Origin: Perkinsela sp. CCAP 1560/9
Taxonomy: Eukaryota > Protista > Euglenozoa: Kinetoplastea
DNA length: 64,000 bases
NCBI GenBank assembly: GCA_965644495.1
Contig: CBFFSA010000007.1
Coordinates: 682,001-746,000 of the forward strand
Direction of reading: 5' to 3'
Part shown: piece by piece, positions 54,761 through 64,000 of the stretch
Position numbering within the stretch: position 1 is the first letter of the stretch
Layout: every line of letters begins with the position of its first letter
Program-made: the position numbers and the translations under genes
Notes under the pieces: generated by a model
Databases searched by the model: none
What the model was told of the DNA's origin: nothing
Seen by the model: only the letters and a program-made list of their open reading frames with translations

Positions 54761-57700
54761 CTACGACGATTTTAAATAATTCCGAAGTGAGTCATATCGT
54801 ACATTTTTAACTAGTGTCCCGGGTCCCAAAAGTTTCTTAAAACCCTCCCCCAATAACTCAAGTTCAGCGGTTTTACAAACACAGAGTATGTATCGTGCAG
54901 AGACTTGTAACACTTGTGAAAGTTGTGGGGCTGCTCTACGCCATATTTCAGGTGCCGCCATTTGCTTTGCAGTTTCGTAGTATGTTTGGGGAAGTAGCCC
55001 GAGACAGTGAGAGAGAGCACTGGAGCGTACGTCGGAAACGGTTGCCCATGATGAGCAAGCCGAATATCTAAAACTGCACATTGCATTCGTGTATTTATCT
55101 CCGGACAACCAGTCAGGTAGTGCTGAGGTACCCTCGCGTAAATGTATATTTGTCACTTTTCTATCTTTCACGTGTTCTAGGGCACGCTCTATTGGTAATA
55201 GCATGCTTTTGAGCGCTTTCACGGGGTCAGTACAATCATGTGCTTTAACCGTCAGAAGTTCATAATATTTATCGATACGTGCGTACGCCCCGTACGCGTA
55301 TCCCGCGTCGCGTACAGAAGTTTGCAGTGGCCCATCCATCGTGCTGAGTGCGTGGCATACAAAAGAGGTAGCAATGAAGTCTTCAGAACTATCTATGCGT
55401 AGTGGAACAATAATCCGAACGTCTGCTCCGTCGGCCTCGTCGACACCGGTCAGGAGACATTTCCCTGCCCAATTGCAAATCAAGTCATTAAGGAATGAGT
55501 TATTACGTTTAACAATATTTTCGTCGTCGGCCAGTATTTCCGAAGTTCGTTCTTTCTGAGAATCTAAAGTTGCAGTGGTAATTACTTTTCGATGAAGAGT
55601 TACGGATTTTTTGACCAAGACCTGTCTTTGCCATTCGTCTGAATCCACCGTGCTGTCCGAAGACTCATTTGCTTGTTTCAAGAAATAATCCATTTCTTGC
55701 ATTTGCGAAGCTATTTTCCAAACATCCTTCGCAATTCGGGCAGATGATTCATGCCCTGGGGAGGTTACAAGTATATAACAAGGACTCTGTTTCACTAAAA
55801 CTCTTTCGTATACTTTGGACAGTGCCTCGACGTCATCATTGGTGCATACTTTTCGTATTCTTTGGAGAAAACATTCCAAGTGGAATGAAGACAAGTAATA
55901 CAATAAAAAGTTATCTTTGCTAGCTTTGAGAAGTAGTGCAAGCTGACTCTCAACAAAGCTTTTTTCCCTTCGCGATTCTTGAATAGCAACAAACAAACGA
56001 TGCGCTATGACCTGCACCCGCGCTGCTGTAAATTTAACCTTTTGAGTAACATTTTCGAACCATTTCAAAAGTGAAGGAACAGCTTCTTGACGGACAGTAA
56101 GTTCAATACAAAATAGATGAGGAGCTGCACCCGCAGAAAAATAACGATTCGGACCTATTCCAAAATAGCAACTGTAGGATTGAATCTCATGGTGCAGATC
56201 GAAAGCTACTTGGGCGTAAGACATGTCTGGAGACATGTCAGATTCGAATAGTAGATCCCCCATCATAGCCAAATATTGAATCAGCTGAGGTGTATGTGGC
56301 ACCTCGGAGACATCATAAAAGGCTTGCACGCTTACAAATTCCGTACAAGGAACAACCGTAAGGCACTGTAGCTTTGTACATAAATCTGTGTCAGGCATCG
56401 CTAGTGATTTTTTGCACTGCATTTTTTGTCGTCGAGAGAAATGAAGATATTCAACTATCACTTCGTGCGGAAGCAATGATACACTGGAAGAAAGCATCGC
56501 AGGGTGATCATGAAATACGTTCTTGCATAACTCAATGTTTTTGCGAAGCAAAACTCTTTGTTGGTAATGTCTCATTAGACTTCGATGACCCGATCTACTG
56601 ATGCTATGTTGCAGTAACCCTTGTAATCTTTTAGAACATTTTTCTTTGTTTTTAGTGGCTCTCCTGCTCGGAATCATATGTATCTCCACGTGATGACAAG
56701 TCGCCTTCATAAAATACGTTTCAAAAGTAGACAACCATTGCGGCGCACTAAATTGTTTACATGTCGTAACTGCGCCACTGAGTACATCCTTCACACATGT
56801 TTGGGGATGTGAGGGATGGTAGACAAGTTCATGTAATAAATGTGAGCTGATATGCTCAAGGGGTTCCTCTTCATATCCATATTGTGCATCATCACATGAT
56901 TTTTCCACCTGTCTAGAAAGCTCTCGTAGAACACAGGAGCTGTTTCCTTCTAGGTCCCGATGGATTTGATGAAAAACTTCTTCGAATTTATTCCAAAATT
57001 CTTCAAATTTACGCTTTCGCTGAACACCTTGAAAACACACAACGATTGAGCTTTCTTGGCGCAGAATAACATCGAAAGATACTGATGTTGCCCATGGTGG
57101 ATCACATTCTACAAAGGCTTGATGGCATGGAGAAGCATTGTGTCCATTTATGTATCCGATCAGTACATTTATCGCGAGACTGAGTGCGGGATCCTTCCTA
57201 TGGCACTGGGGTAGTCTCCAGGCAAGATAGACAGTTGACGATGAGAGATCTGTACTTGGAAATAAAATGCGGCGTCGACGGGTGACCGCGCGTTTCAGAC
57301 GATTTCCGAAATCATGAATTGTATTGAAGGATTCTGGGTTAACAGTCCTCCCTGCGACAGTCCTATAACCTGGGCTTTGCATTCCACACAAAAAGTCGAA
57401 ATACTTGTCAATGTGTCCCAGTATGCTTTCACGGTTCCGAAACTGGCCGACAAAAACAAAGATCAGATTTTGAGGGTAGTAATGCTGTCGGTGATATCGT
57501 CGCACATCTCCCACGGAAAGTGTAGCAAGATCTTTCGTGCGACCTCCACTATCGTATATGTAGCGACTTCGAGGGTAGAGAAGTCGATGTAACGCATTTT
57601 GGGCTAGATCGGTTTCCGAATTCTCACGGTTAAGCATTTCACTATACACCACTCCGCCATGTGTGCCACGGGAAGTGAAGTGCTGCACCTCGGTTCGGAA

Positions 57701-58117
57701 ATCTGAAGGCAGGAGAGATGGTCGTAATACGTGCTCCAAATACATGGGCAACATTGCGGTAATGCCATCTTCGGATAGAGTATCTATGGTATATACGGTG
57801 TGATCTGTGGCAGTGTACGCATTCGTCCCGTGACTAAGACAACGCAATGCCACGGCGTCTAGATGACCCCTCGAGTGGTGCTTAGTTCCCATAAAACACA
57901 AATGCTCCAGGCAGTGTGGTAACCCTCGGTTGTCATGAACTGGTGTACGAACCGCAATGTTGAGGCGATAATTCGGACCTGGAACACTAGCAAAAGCTAT
58001 TTACGTGAGATACGACTTGTGCTCATAGACACATACGCCGTGCCTCGCGCAGCCGTCGAAAAATTCCCATGGTCCGATATCATAATTCTTGGAGGCACAG
58101 CTATCACTGTCAGGCAT
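54761..58117 (-). CDS. M16C-family metallopeptidase with an in-frame TAA at 58001-58003
   Basis: Same frame from ATG 58117: ..VYEHKSYLT*IAFASVPGP..DNRGLPHCLEHLCFMG (HxxEH)..GTNAYTATDHTVY..GVVYSEM..SGG..YHRQHYYPQN. Confidence 0.88.
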
Positions 58118-58468
58118 TTGCTCGTAGAGTTTCTTTCTACTATAAGGGACATGTAAAACAGAATGTAGAAAAATTAATTGTCTAAACATTTGCGCATGTA
58201 TGAACTAGGTTACTTAGTTCATGAAGTAAGTACATGTCACAAAAATGACATTATCTAATTCATATTGATTCGCCATCAAATTTTGAGTAAAGAAGCAAGG
58301 TCAAATTGATCAACGTGTAACTGACGAGTTTGTATTGGCATTTTAGAGTTTTGAGTTGGTTTTTTCTAACCGCTGTTGAGTGAAACGTTCCCCCCAAAAT
58401 TCGTGGCCAATGAATTAAGCTACATGAGGCCATGCTACCCAGTAGAAGTATCACAAAGGTATCACAAC

Positions 58469-59998
58469 CTATCCAGGACATAATTCGTAAAAAGCCATGT
58501 AGATTTCACATCTATCTACCTCTTCCTCCGACACGGCTCGGTAACTGTTATCGCTAACGTAATACCACTGATGTCCGCGTTGCAAATAACACACGAAATG
58601 TCCCGAGTTCGTGGCCTCCCCTTCGTGAACTACAGCTGCACGGAGCTGATATGATTTCGCCAAAGAAGGCGAATGAGTGAAATCGTTTCGCCCAGTTTGG
58701 CTGGGATTAAAAATTCCTCCTGGAACAAGATCTGCGAAGCAAACGGGTAATTTTTCTCGAATTTTAAGAGTGCGGGGGGGTACGGAACCGAGCGCTGGTG
58801 TAGTGCTGCCGCTGTTCGTATGCTGCGCAGGTTTTAAATGTCTTTCGAGGTGAACTGTAAGAATAACTGGCCACTGGACGGAGTGCGGTATATCGTTTCG
58901 TGGGGCTTGTTCAACCGCAATAGCGTAATTCTCAGTACTAGAATTAGTACGTGCACTTGTTCCTAAAGACTTCTGCCCTACAACTAGATTCTCGAAATCT
59001 TTAATCATCTTATGAGGCTCTGGTAATTTTTGTGATATTATTTCATTACCCAAAGCCAAGAGTGTGGGTTGTATTCTTCTGTAGCTCGTAGGGTTTCTTT
59101 TGAAAATCGGTTTAGCTCCATATTTCAAAAGGCTTGATGCTGATTTCCTTTCATCGTGACGCGCCAAATCAGTATTCTTCGCGAATTGTTTCCATGAATT
59201 GTATGGAAAAGAAATGATTGAAAAATAGTCTTTCTCCATACGACCTGTAAAACATTCCTTGAAGAGCGCCAATGTCTTCGAAAATGGTGAATTTTCAGTG
59301 CAACATTCTTCGAATTTATTGAGTATTTCTCCGTAAACAACGGCACAATCCCGCATCCCCCGTTTGCTTTCCTTTTGGAACAACGAAGGATAGTCAGATC
59401 TCAGATGGATTTTATCTTTAGAGCACTTCTGTAGCTCAGTCAGAACGCCGAGCAAATCAAAACAATACGAAGTATTAAGACAATTTCTAGTGGCATTAAA
59501 AGTCCCCGAACGAAGTGAACTCCTGTACTCCAGAGTACTATCTCGAAATTGCTGAAACATGTTTAACGGTATCACGCTTCCAAGACACTGCAGTAGAACA
59601 ATGAGAGCACAGTCCTCCGCCTCGTTTACTACGGATCGTGGAGCACCTCGTAGAGGGGATGAATTATGCGGTAGCAAAATATATCCTCCTTCATCGTAAT
59701 TTTCACTCCGGTCATAGTACGCACCTTGTTCTACAGGGTCCCTTATCTCTAAGGCGGAGAATACGTTCCTTACTCTGCGGCGCTTCTGATGGCTCAATAG
59801 ATGTTCTTCACATAGCGCGATGTGACAAAAACGACATGATACGCTTACACGTTTACAACATGAACCATTTATTTGGTTAGTTTTGCGGTTTCCCGACACG
59901 ATGTTTTTTCGATGAAAACGGCAGCTTGCTAAGTTGCCCTCTCGACTCAAATGCGATGTGGAAGTTAGTAATTTGCATTCAATGCAAACTTGCAGCAT
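58469..59998 (-). CDS. Ubiquitin-specific protease (C19), divergent
   Basis: Cys box VVNEAEDCALIVLLQCL; His box YQLRAAVVHEG..SGHFVCY..WYYVSD; Cys/His-rich N-terminus. Confidence 0.85.
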   Translation of the reverse strand: MLQVCIECKLLTSTSHLSREGNLASCRFHRKNIVSGNRKTNQINGSCCKRVSVSCRFCHIALCEEHLLSHQKRRRVRNVFSALEIRDPVEQGAYYDRSENYDEGGYILLPHNSSPLRGAPRSVVNEAEDCALIVLLQCLGSVIPLNMFQQFRDSTLEYRSSLRSGTFNATRNCLNTSYCFDLLGVLTELQKCSKDKIHLRSDYPSLFQKESKRGMRDCAVVYGEILNKFEECCTENSPFSKTLALFKECFTGRMEKDYFSIISFPYNSWKQFAKNTDLARHDERKSASSLLKYGAKPIFKRNPTSYRRIQPTLLALGNEIISQKLPEPHKMIKDFENLVVGQKSLGTSARTNSSTENYAIAVEQAPRNDIPHSVQWPVILTVHLERHLKPAQHTNSGSTTPALGSVPPRTLKIREKLPVCFADLVPGGIFNPSQTGRNDFTHSPSLAKSYQLRAAVVHEGEATNSGHFVCYLQRGHQWYYVSDNSYRAVSEEEVDRCEIYMAFYELCPG

Positions 59999-60473
59999 TG
60001 TAATCTTTGCGAAACTTCAATTTCTATACCTGTTTTACGTGGAGAAAACGTGGCAGAAAACTTTTTGTTCTAACTTTACTCTTATTAAAGGAGGCTTGAG
60101 ACATTAAAGAAAGCAAGAAGAATTCAGAGGATGAGGAAGGAGAAATTCGATGGAATGAGAAGAGGGAAAGGAAGACGAAGCAAAGGACGGCGACAGGAAA
60201 TCCGTAAAAAGTACATTAACTGGGGCATCCCCCAAAAAGACAACACTCTAAAAAACAGTGCAACTTAATCCGACGTACACGGAAAATAGGATACGGCTTA
60301 CAGTATACACAGTACACATCATCTAAAAAAAAATTTGCGGGTGGGTGCGGGCTGGGTGCATATACATGTAAACTGTATTAATATTTTTCTGATATAAAGT
60401 ATGATCTGGGACACATTGTCCCACAGAGAGTAGTCAATGCGCCTGTAAAAGTACTAGCCAAGATGCAGGTGGT

Positions 60474-61376
60474 TTAGCCCTGCTCCGACGTCGCCCTGTA
60501 GTGCGCATTCTCAATGAGGTAGCCATAATCGTCACTTCTAAACCCTGGAATGAGTTTCGCGCGATTAGGGTGAGGGAGCAGCTCCTGACCATACTCCCTC
60601 CAAACAGCCTCTATGCGGGTAACGTACTCCATCATGCGTACGTAGATGGCTTCACAGATCAACGAAGTGGCAACGTAGGACGCCAAGGTGTGCTCGACCC
60701 CTGTAAAAGCTGTCGGGTATGGTTCGTCGGGTGGGGGGTCCACATACTCCTGTAGTTCCCCTAGTATCGAGCGTAGCATTGTGGATTTTTCGAAAAAACA
60801 CGGCCTGAACCCCTTTGGAATATTTAAAATCTGATCCACTCCGAGCAAATCCCAGAGAGTCTCCATGTTATAGGTTGCCATAGCCTGTTGAGAGAGTGCC
60901 GTATGATGTTTGGCCTCAGCCATTGGAAACAAATGTAATAGGGGATAGACGGAGAGCTTGTGCATCAGGACCGCTCCCTTGGTTAATTCCTGTCGGGCGG
61001 CCTGATAACGTCGAAGAAACATCCCTTCGGGAATCTGTGCACATTCAGGGAGAGACCACCGGATGACGCCTTTTCGTTTTAGGTAATGCATCGCGGCTAA
61101 TATTTTTTCGCGTCGAATCCGGTCATCCAAGTCAAGAGACTTTTGTGCACTTGCCACAGAGAACGAATGCAACGTCATTCTTTTCCACATGTCCTTCGGC
61201 ACCCAGCGCCGGGAATAGGAAATGAGACACTCAAGGAACATTTGAAGACACATGTGATCCTTCTTTCCCACGTGTTCTCCCCACGCGTTGTACGGCTCTT
61301 TGCACAAACTACACCAATTTGGCGTCATATTCCACTGTCGGCACTTAGCATCTAAGAATTTTGTTGCACGTTTCAT
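60474..61376 (-). CDS. KREPB-type editosome protein (U1-like ZnF + non-catalytic RNase III-like domain)
   Basis: WCSLCKEPYNAWGEHVGKKDH, YNMETLWDLLG, LRSILGELQ. The catalytic ExLGD motif is absent. Confidence 0.8.
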   Translation of the reverse strand: MKRATKFLDAKCRQWNMTPNWCSLCKEPYNAWGEHVGKKDHMCLQMFLECLISYSRRWVPKDMWKRMTLHSFSVASAQKSLDLDDRIRREKILAAMHYLKRKGVIRWSLPECAQIPEGMFLRRYQAARQELTKGAVLMHKLSVYPLLHLFPMAEAKHHTALSQQAMATYNMETLWDLLGVDQILNIPKGFRPCFFEKSTMLRSILGELQEYVDPPPDEPYPTAFTGVEHTLASYVATSLICEAIYVRMMEYVTRIEAVWREYGQELLPHPNRAKLIPGFRSDDYGYLIENAHYRATSEQG

Positions 61377-61612
61377 GAAAAGCAATGTGGAATGTTCGAA
61401 TACAGTCGTAATATAGGCAGAGTGTGGAATAGCTTTGATTCAAGATAATTAATTAATAATTCAAGATAAGAAATTACTTTAAAGGAAACATATTTTTTTT
61501 AAACATAAACATAGTGCTACTTCGAATTGAAAGGGAAATAGGCAATAGGACTCCTTCAGACACGTGATACACGTTCACTGGGGGGAAAGCAAATAAATCC
61601 CTGTGATTCGTT

Positions 61613-63940
61613 TTACGTGTTGTTGTTTGCCTCTACTTGTGCAGAACCTTCTGAAATATTGCCCGGAGAGGAAGATAACGGCGTGTCCATTGTATTTGCA
61701 ACTTTCGTGTTATCGGTTAGTCGTCCTTTCGAGGTCGGAGTGGCCCAAATATCAAGTCTTCCTTCTAGTGGCAGAATGCTCCCTGGGGCAAACGTTTTCT
61801 CGCTTTCATTCGCCTCGTGATGTGTAGGTTGGGAACCAGGGGTACTCATAGGAGAACACAACGAAGTCGGTCGAGGAGCGGAAACGTCCTTTGGAGTGAA
61901 GAAGGACGTAGTTGGTGTGGCAATCAAATGTTTCGGTGTAACAGGAGCCTCTGATCCCAGGACAGAAGTCGGTGCTAGGCTTGGGATCGGAGAGACATCA
62001 TCGGCGAGTAGGATCGCGTTTGGGGTACCCGGACCAGATCCCTGAGAGAACAAATCGCGTTGGGGGGTGTACGCGGGAGAAGTCTGACTAAGCGGCGTTT
62101 GACTGAGACGTGCCTTTTCCGATTCCTGCGAAGGAATGGAAAGCTTCGGCTGTGAAGCGGAAAATTGGGTTTGCGATGGTGATACAGCTTTGTCCGCCTT
62201 GTCCTTGTTCTTTCTCCTGGCGGTGAGTACGTTCGGTTTGTTTGTCGGTTGCACCGCTCGACCCTGGAGAAAGGAGGCATTGTTTTCTCGCAACGATTGA
62301 CGCAGACTCTCTAAACGATCAAGATAAATACGAATGAGAGGAGAAATAACTTTGTTATCGGTATCATTTTCGAGCGTCTCATTTCGTGACGCATCGATCG
62401 GCCGAAATATTGAATGAAGCGTAGCAAGAGTCACAGTTCCATCTTCGGAGCTTATGGCGATGCGTAGTCCATCTGAGCACCATGAAAGTCCGGATATCGG
62501 TGCGGGGTGCATATTCGAGAATTGGACTCTCGGATAACCTCTGTTCGTTGAAAAAATAGTAACCGTTTCAGACGTGAATAGGGCAATAGCCATCATGTAT
62601 TCTGCAGGACCCCAGATATTCTCATTTTTCATAATTTCGCTTGAGGTGGGACCCTCGTCTATGGCTTCGGAGACCGAAGAACCTTCACCAAGATTGTCTT
62701 TCGGAAGAGCACTGCTTGATTTGTCTTCGTCCCCCTGATAAAGTATAGGAGAAAATATGGAGCCTATGACAGATACAGAAGACTTTATCCTCAGAGCTTT
62801 ATACGGACGGTGGAAAGCATGACGAAGGAAAACGTAGGCGCATTGTTGATATTCGGTCCTACTGGACGTGGGCCTGATCTCCATATTTTCTGCCTCAGAA
62901 GGATCAGGATCTTGTTCCTTGGGTTTCCCAGGAGCGTGATCCGAGTTTTGATTCCTCTGAGGATCTTTCGTGGGATCGTAAAACCCACAAGGTATAGCCA
63001 TCATACCCCCATCAGGAGAGAAAGAGCCATGACGGTAGTACGGTGAGGCATCATAAGCGCGAAATAAGAACCCTCCCTGCTCTCCATGAGTTATGTTGTC
63101 ATGCACAGAGAAGGCTTGGGCACGTCCAGGTCGGGTCTCACGGCGGTTGTAAATAATTACCGCCTTGCGGTCGGCCCCAATCGAGACAGCGTATGTTCCC
63201 CAAGGATCCCAAAACACACCTTGGACTGATGCACTGTGAGAACTCTCCATTCGGATACGAGCATATCCGTCGAGGATATCGTGTATAACCACCAACCCCT
63301 CCTGTGAGGCGCTGAGCAAAAACCTCCCATCGTGAGAAAAACTCAGAGCATACACTTCGCGATCTCCAAACACGCGAAGAATTTTTACTGCAGACCAGTT
63401 CTCCACATTATACTCATAGGCACTGTCAAAGAGGCTGGTTCGCGCTCGTGCCGCAGGGGTGACTTCGGATTCTTCCTCTTGTGACGGAAACTCCTTGATC
63501 GGGGAGGGCCCGGAAAAGTTGCCCTCGTTTGCTTCCATCAGTTGGGTGAGACGGCCCGCTGTGGAATCTTGTGTGGCAGCGTTCTCCGCATCGGATCCTG
63601 CCTGCTGCCACATGACAACTTCCCCACTGTTGTATCCGGCTCCTATTAACCGGCCCTGTGGACTCCATCGCGCTACGTTACATGGGGAGCGCTCCGCAAG
63701 GTACATGGTGGTGAGATGGGAAATAGACTCCGCGAGAGGAGATTGGAGGTTGTAACTCCAGATCTTAATGGCACCGTCGAAGCCGGAGGTTAGAAGTTTC
63801 ATCTCGTTAGGGTGCCAGTGGACGCTGAGCACCGCACCAGGCTTGTCCGCGTCTTTTCCGCTCAGAAGTCCCGAGGCACCACTGTCAATATCGTGTGGGA
63901 AGTGCCAACGTAGCTCCAGGGTCTTTACGGAGTCAGTCAT
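61613..63940 (-). CDS. Chromatin assembly factor 1 subunit B (p60/CAC2)-like WD40 protein
   Basis: VKTLELRWH, LLTSGFDGAIKIW, NVARWSPQG, HSASVQGVFWDP, FSPDG..IPCG, NMHPAPISGLSW..SSEDG, followed by an S/P-rich tail. Confidence 0.88.
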   Translation of the reverse strand: MTDSVKTLELRWHFPHDIDSGASGLLSGKDADKPGAVLSVHWHPNEMKLLTSGFDGAIKIWSYNLQSPLAESISHLTTMYLAERSPCNVARWSPQGRLIGAGYNSGEVVMWQQAGSDAENAATQDSTAGRLTQLMEANEGNFSGPSPIKEFPSQEEESEVTPAARARTSLFDSAYEYNVENWSAVKILRVFGDREVYALSFSHDGRFLLSASQEGLVVIHDILDGYARIRMESSHSASVQGVFWDPWGTYAVSIGADRKAVIIYNRRETRPGRAQAFSVHDNITHGEQGGFLFRAYDASPYYRHGSFSPDGGMMAIPCGFYDPTKDPQRNQNSDHAPGKPKEQDPDPSEAENMEIRPTSSRTEYQQCAYVFLRHAFHRPYKALRIKSSVSVIGSIFSPILYQGDEDKSSSALPKDNLGEGSSVSEAIDEGPTSSEIMKNENIWGPAEYMMAIALFTSETVTIFSTNRGYPRVQFSNMHPAPISGLSWCSDGLRIAISSEDGTVTLATLHSIFRPIDASRNETLENDTDNKVISPLIRIYLDRLESLRQSLRENNASFLQGRAVQPTNKPNVLTARRKNKDKADKAVSPSQTQFSASQPKLSIPSQESEKARLSQTPLSQTSPAYTPQRDLFSQGSGPGTPNAILLADDVSPIPSLAPTSVLGSEAPVTPKHLIATPTTSFFTPKDVSAPRPTSLCSPMSTPGSQPTHHEANESEKTFAPGSILPLEGRLDIWATPTSKGRLTDNTKVANTMDTPLSSSPGNISEGSAQVEANNNT

Positions 63941-64000
63941 GAAACAGTGTAGGAGGTACGAAAACCTATTTCACAAATCACTGCATCTCGTACAATAATA

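Larger units (their letters stand above)
1..63940 (-). other. Unidirectional, intron-less gene cluster (kinetoplastid-type polycistronic transcription unit)
   Basis: Every recognisable host CDS is on the minus strand, with no introns and short spacers. Some spacers carry minus-strand pyrimidine tracts (e.g. 60105-60185). Kinetoplastid-type genes (KREN/KREPB, MORN1) are present. Confidence 0.9.

Noticed and set aside
8155-58003. Stop-codon reassignment (Blastocrithidia-like code), suggested by in-frame TAG/TAA/TGA
   Set aside because: All but one of these stops are in decayed transposon relics. Host ORFs of over 1000 codons have no internal stops, and all three stop codons terminate genes.
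1-64000. SL RNA, tRNA, rRNA or snoRNA genes
   Set aside because: No SL exon consensus, cloverleaf or rRNA motif was recognised by eye. Small RNAs cannot be excluded without Infernal or tRNAscan.

Overview
Eukaryotic, intron-free, gene-dense window. All ~28 credible host genes lie on the minus strand across the full 64 kb, which indicates a kinetoplastid-type polycistronic unit. Two editosome-type U1-ZnF/RNase III proteins (KREN/KREPB) and a close MORN1 orthologue support a kinetoplastid source. The short LRR paralogues and Merlin element suggest a Perkinsela-like lineage (inference). Host genes include SCO1, EMC4, IMPACT-like, SDR, ALKBH4, R3H, UGGT, LCMT/PPM1, RLP7, RRS1, CSL4, a degenerate kinesin, CTU1, NOT3/5, EMG1, an M16C peptidase, a USP and CAF-1 p60. 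Four signals are not explained by the ORF track. (1) A PIWI-like Argonaute, missed by the track because it runs off the left edge (ATG at 1222), has an unusual (Y)RRDD-repeat N-terminus and a Cys-rich putative zinc finger. (2) There is a rich set of transposons: a nested graveyard at 7.5-14.4 kb (two CRE-clade retrotransposon relics, a Merlin with TIRs and 8-bp TSD, a hAT-like element, TA-flanked MITEs, a SWIM relic), a DD34E Tc1 relic whose start codon is folded back into a perfect 45-bp hairpin, and a complete hAT-like element with 8-bp TSD carrying a nested MITE. (3) Four GC-rich islands inside coding sequences flip abruptly from C/A-rich to G/T-rich, strongly enough to reshape codons and proteins; these are candidate replication-origin or break-repair signatures. 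(4) TACATGTA is enriched in intergenic DNA and matches the classical Tc1 excision footprint. All assignments are by eye from remembered family motifs; no database search was run.
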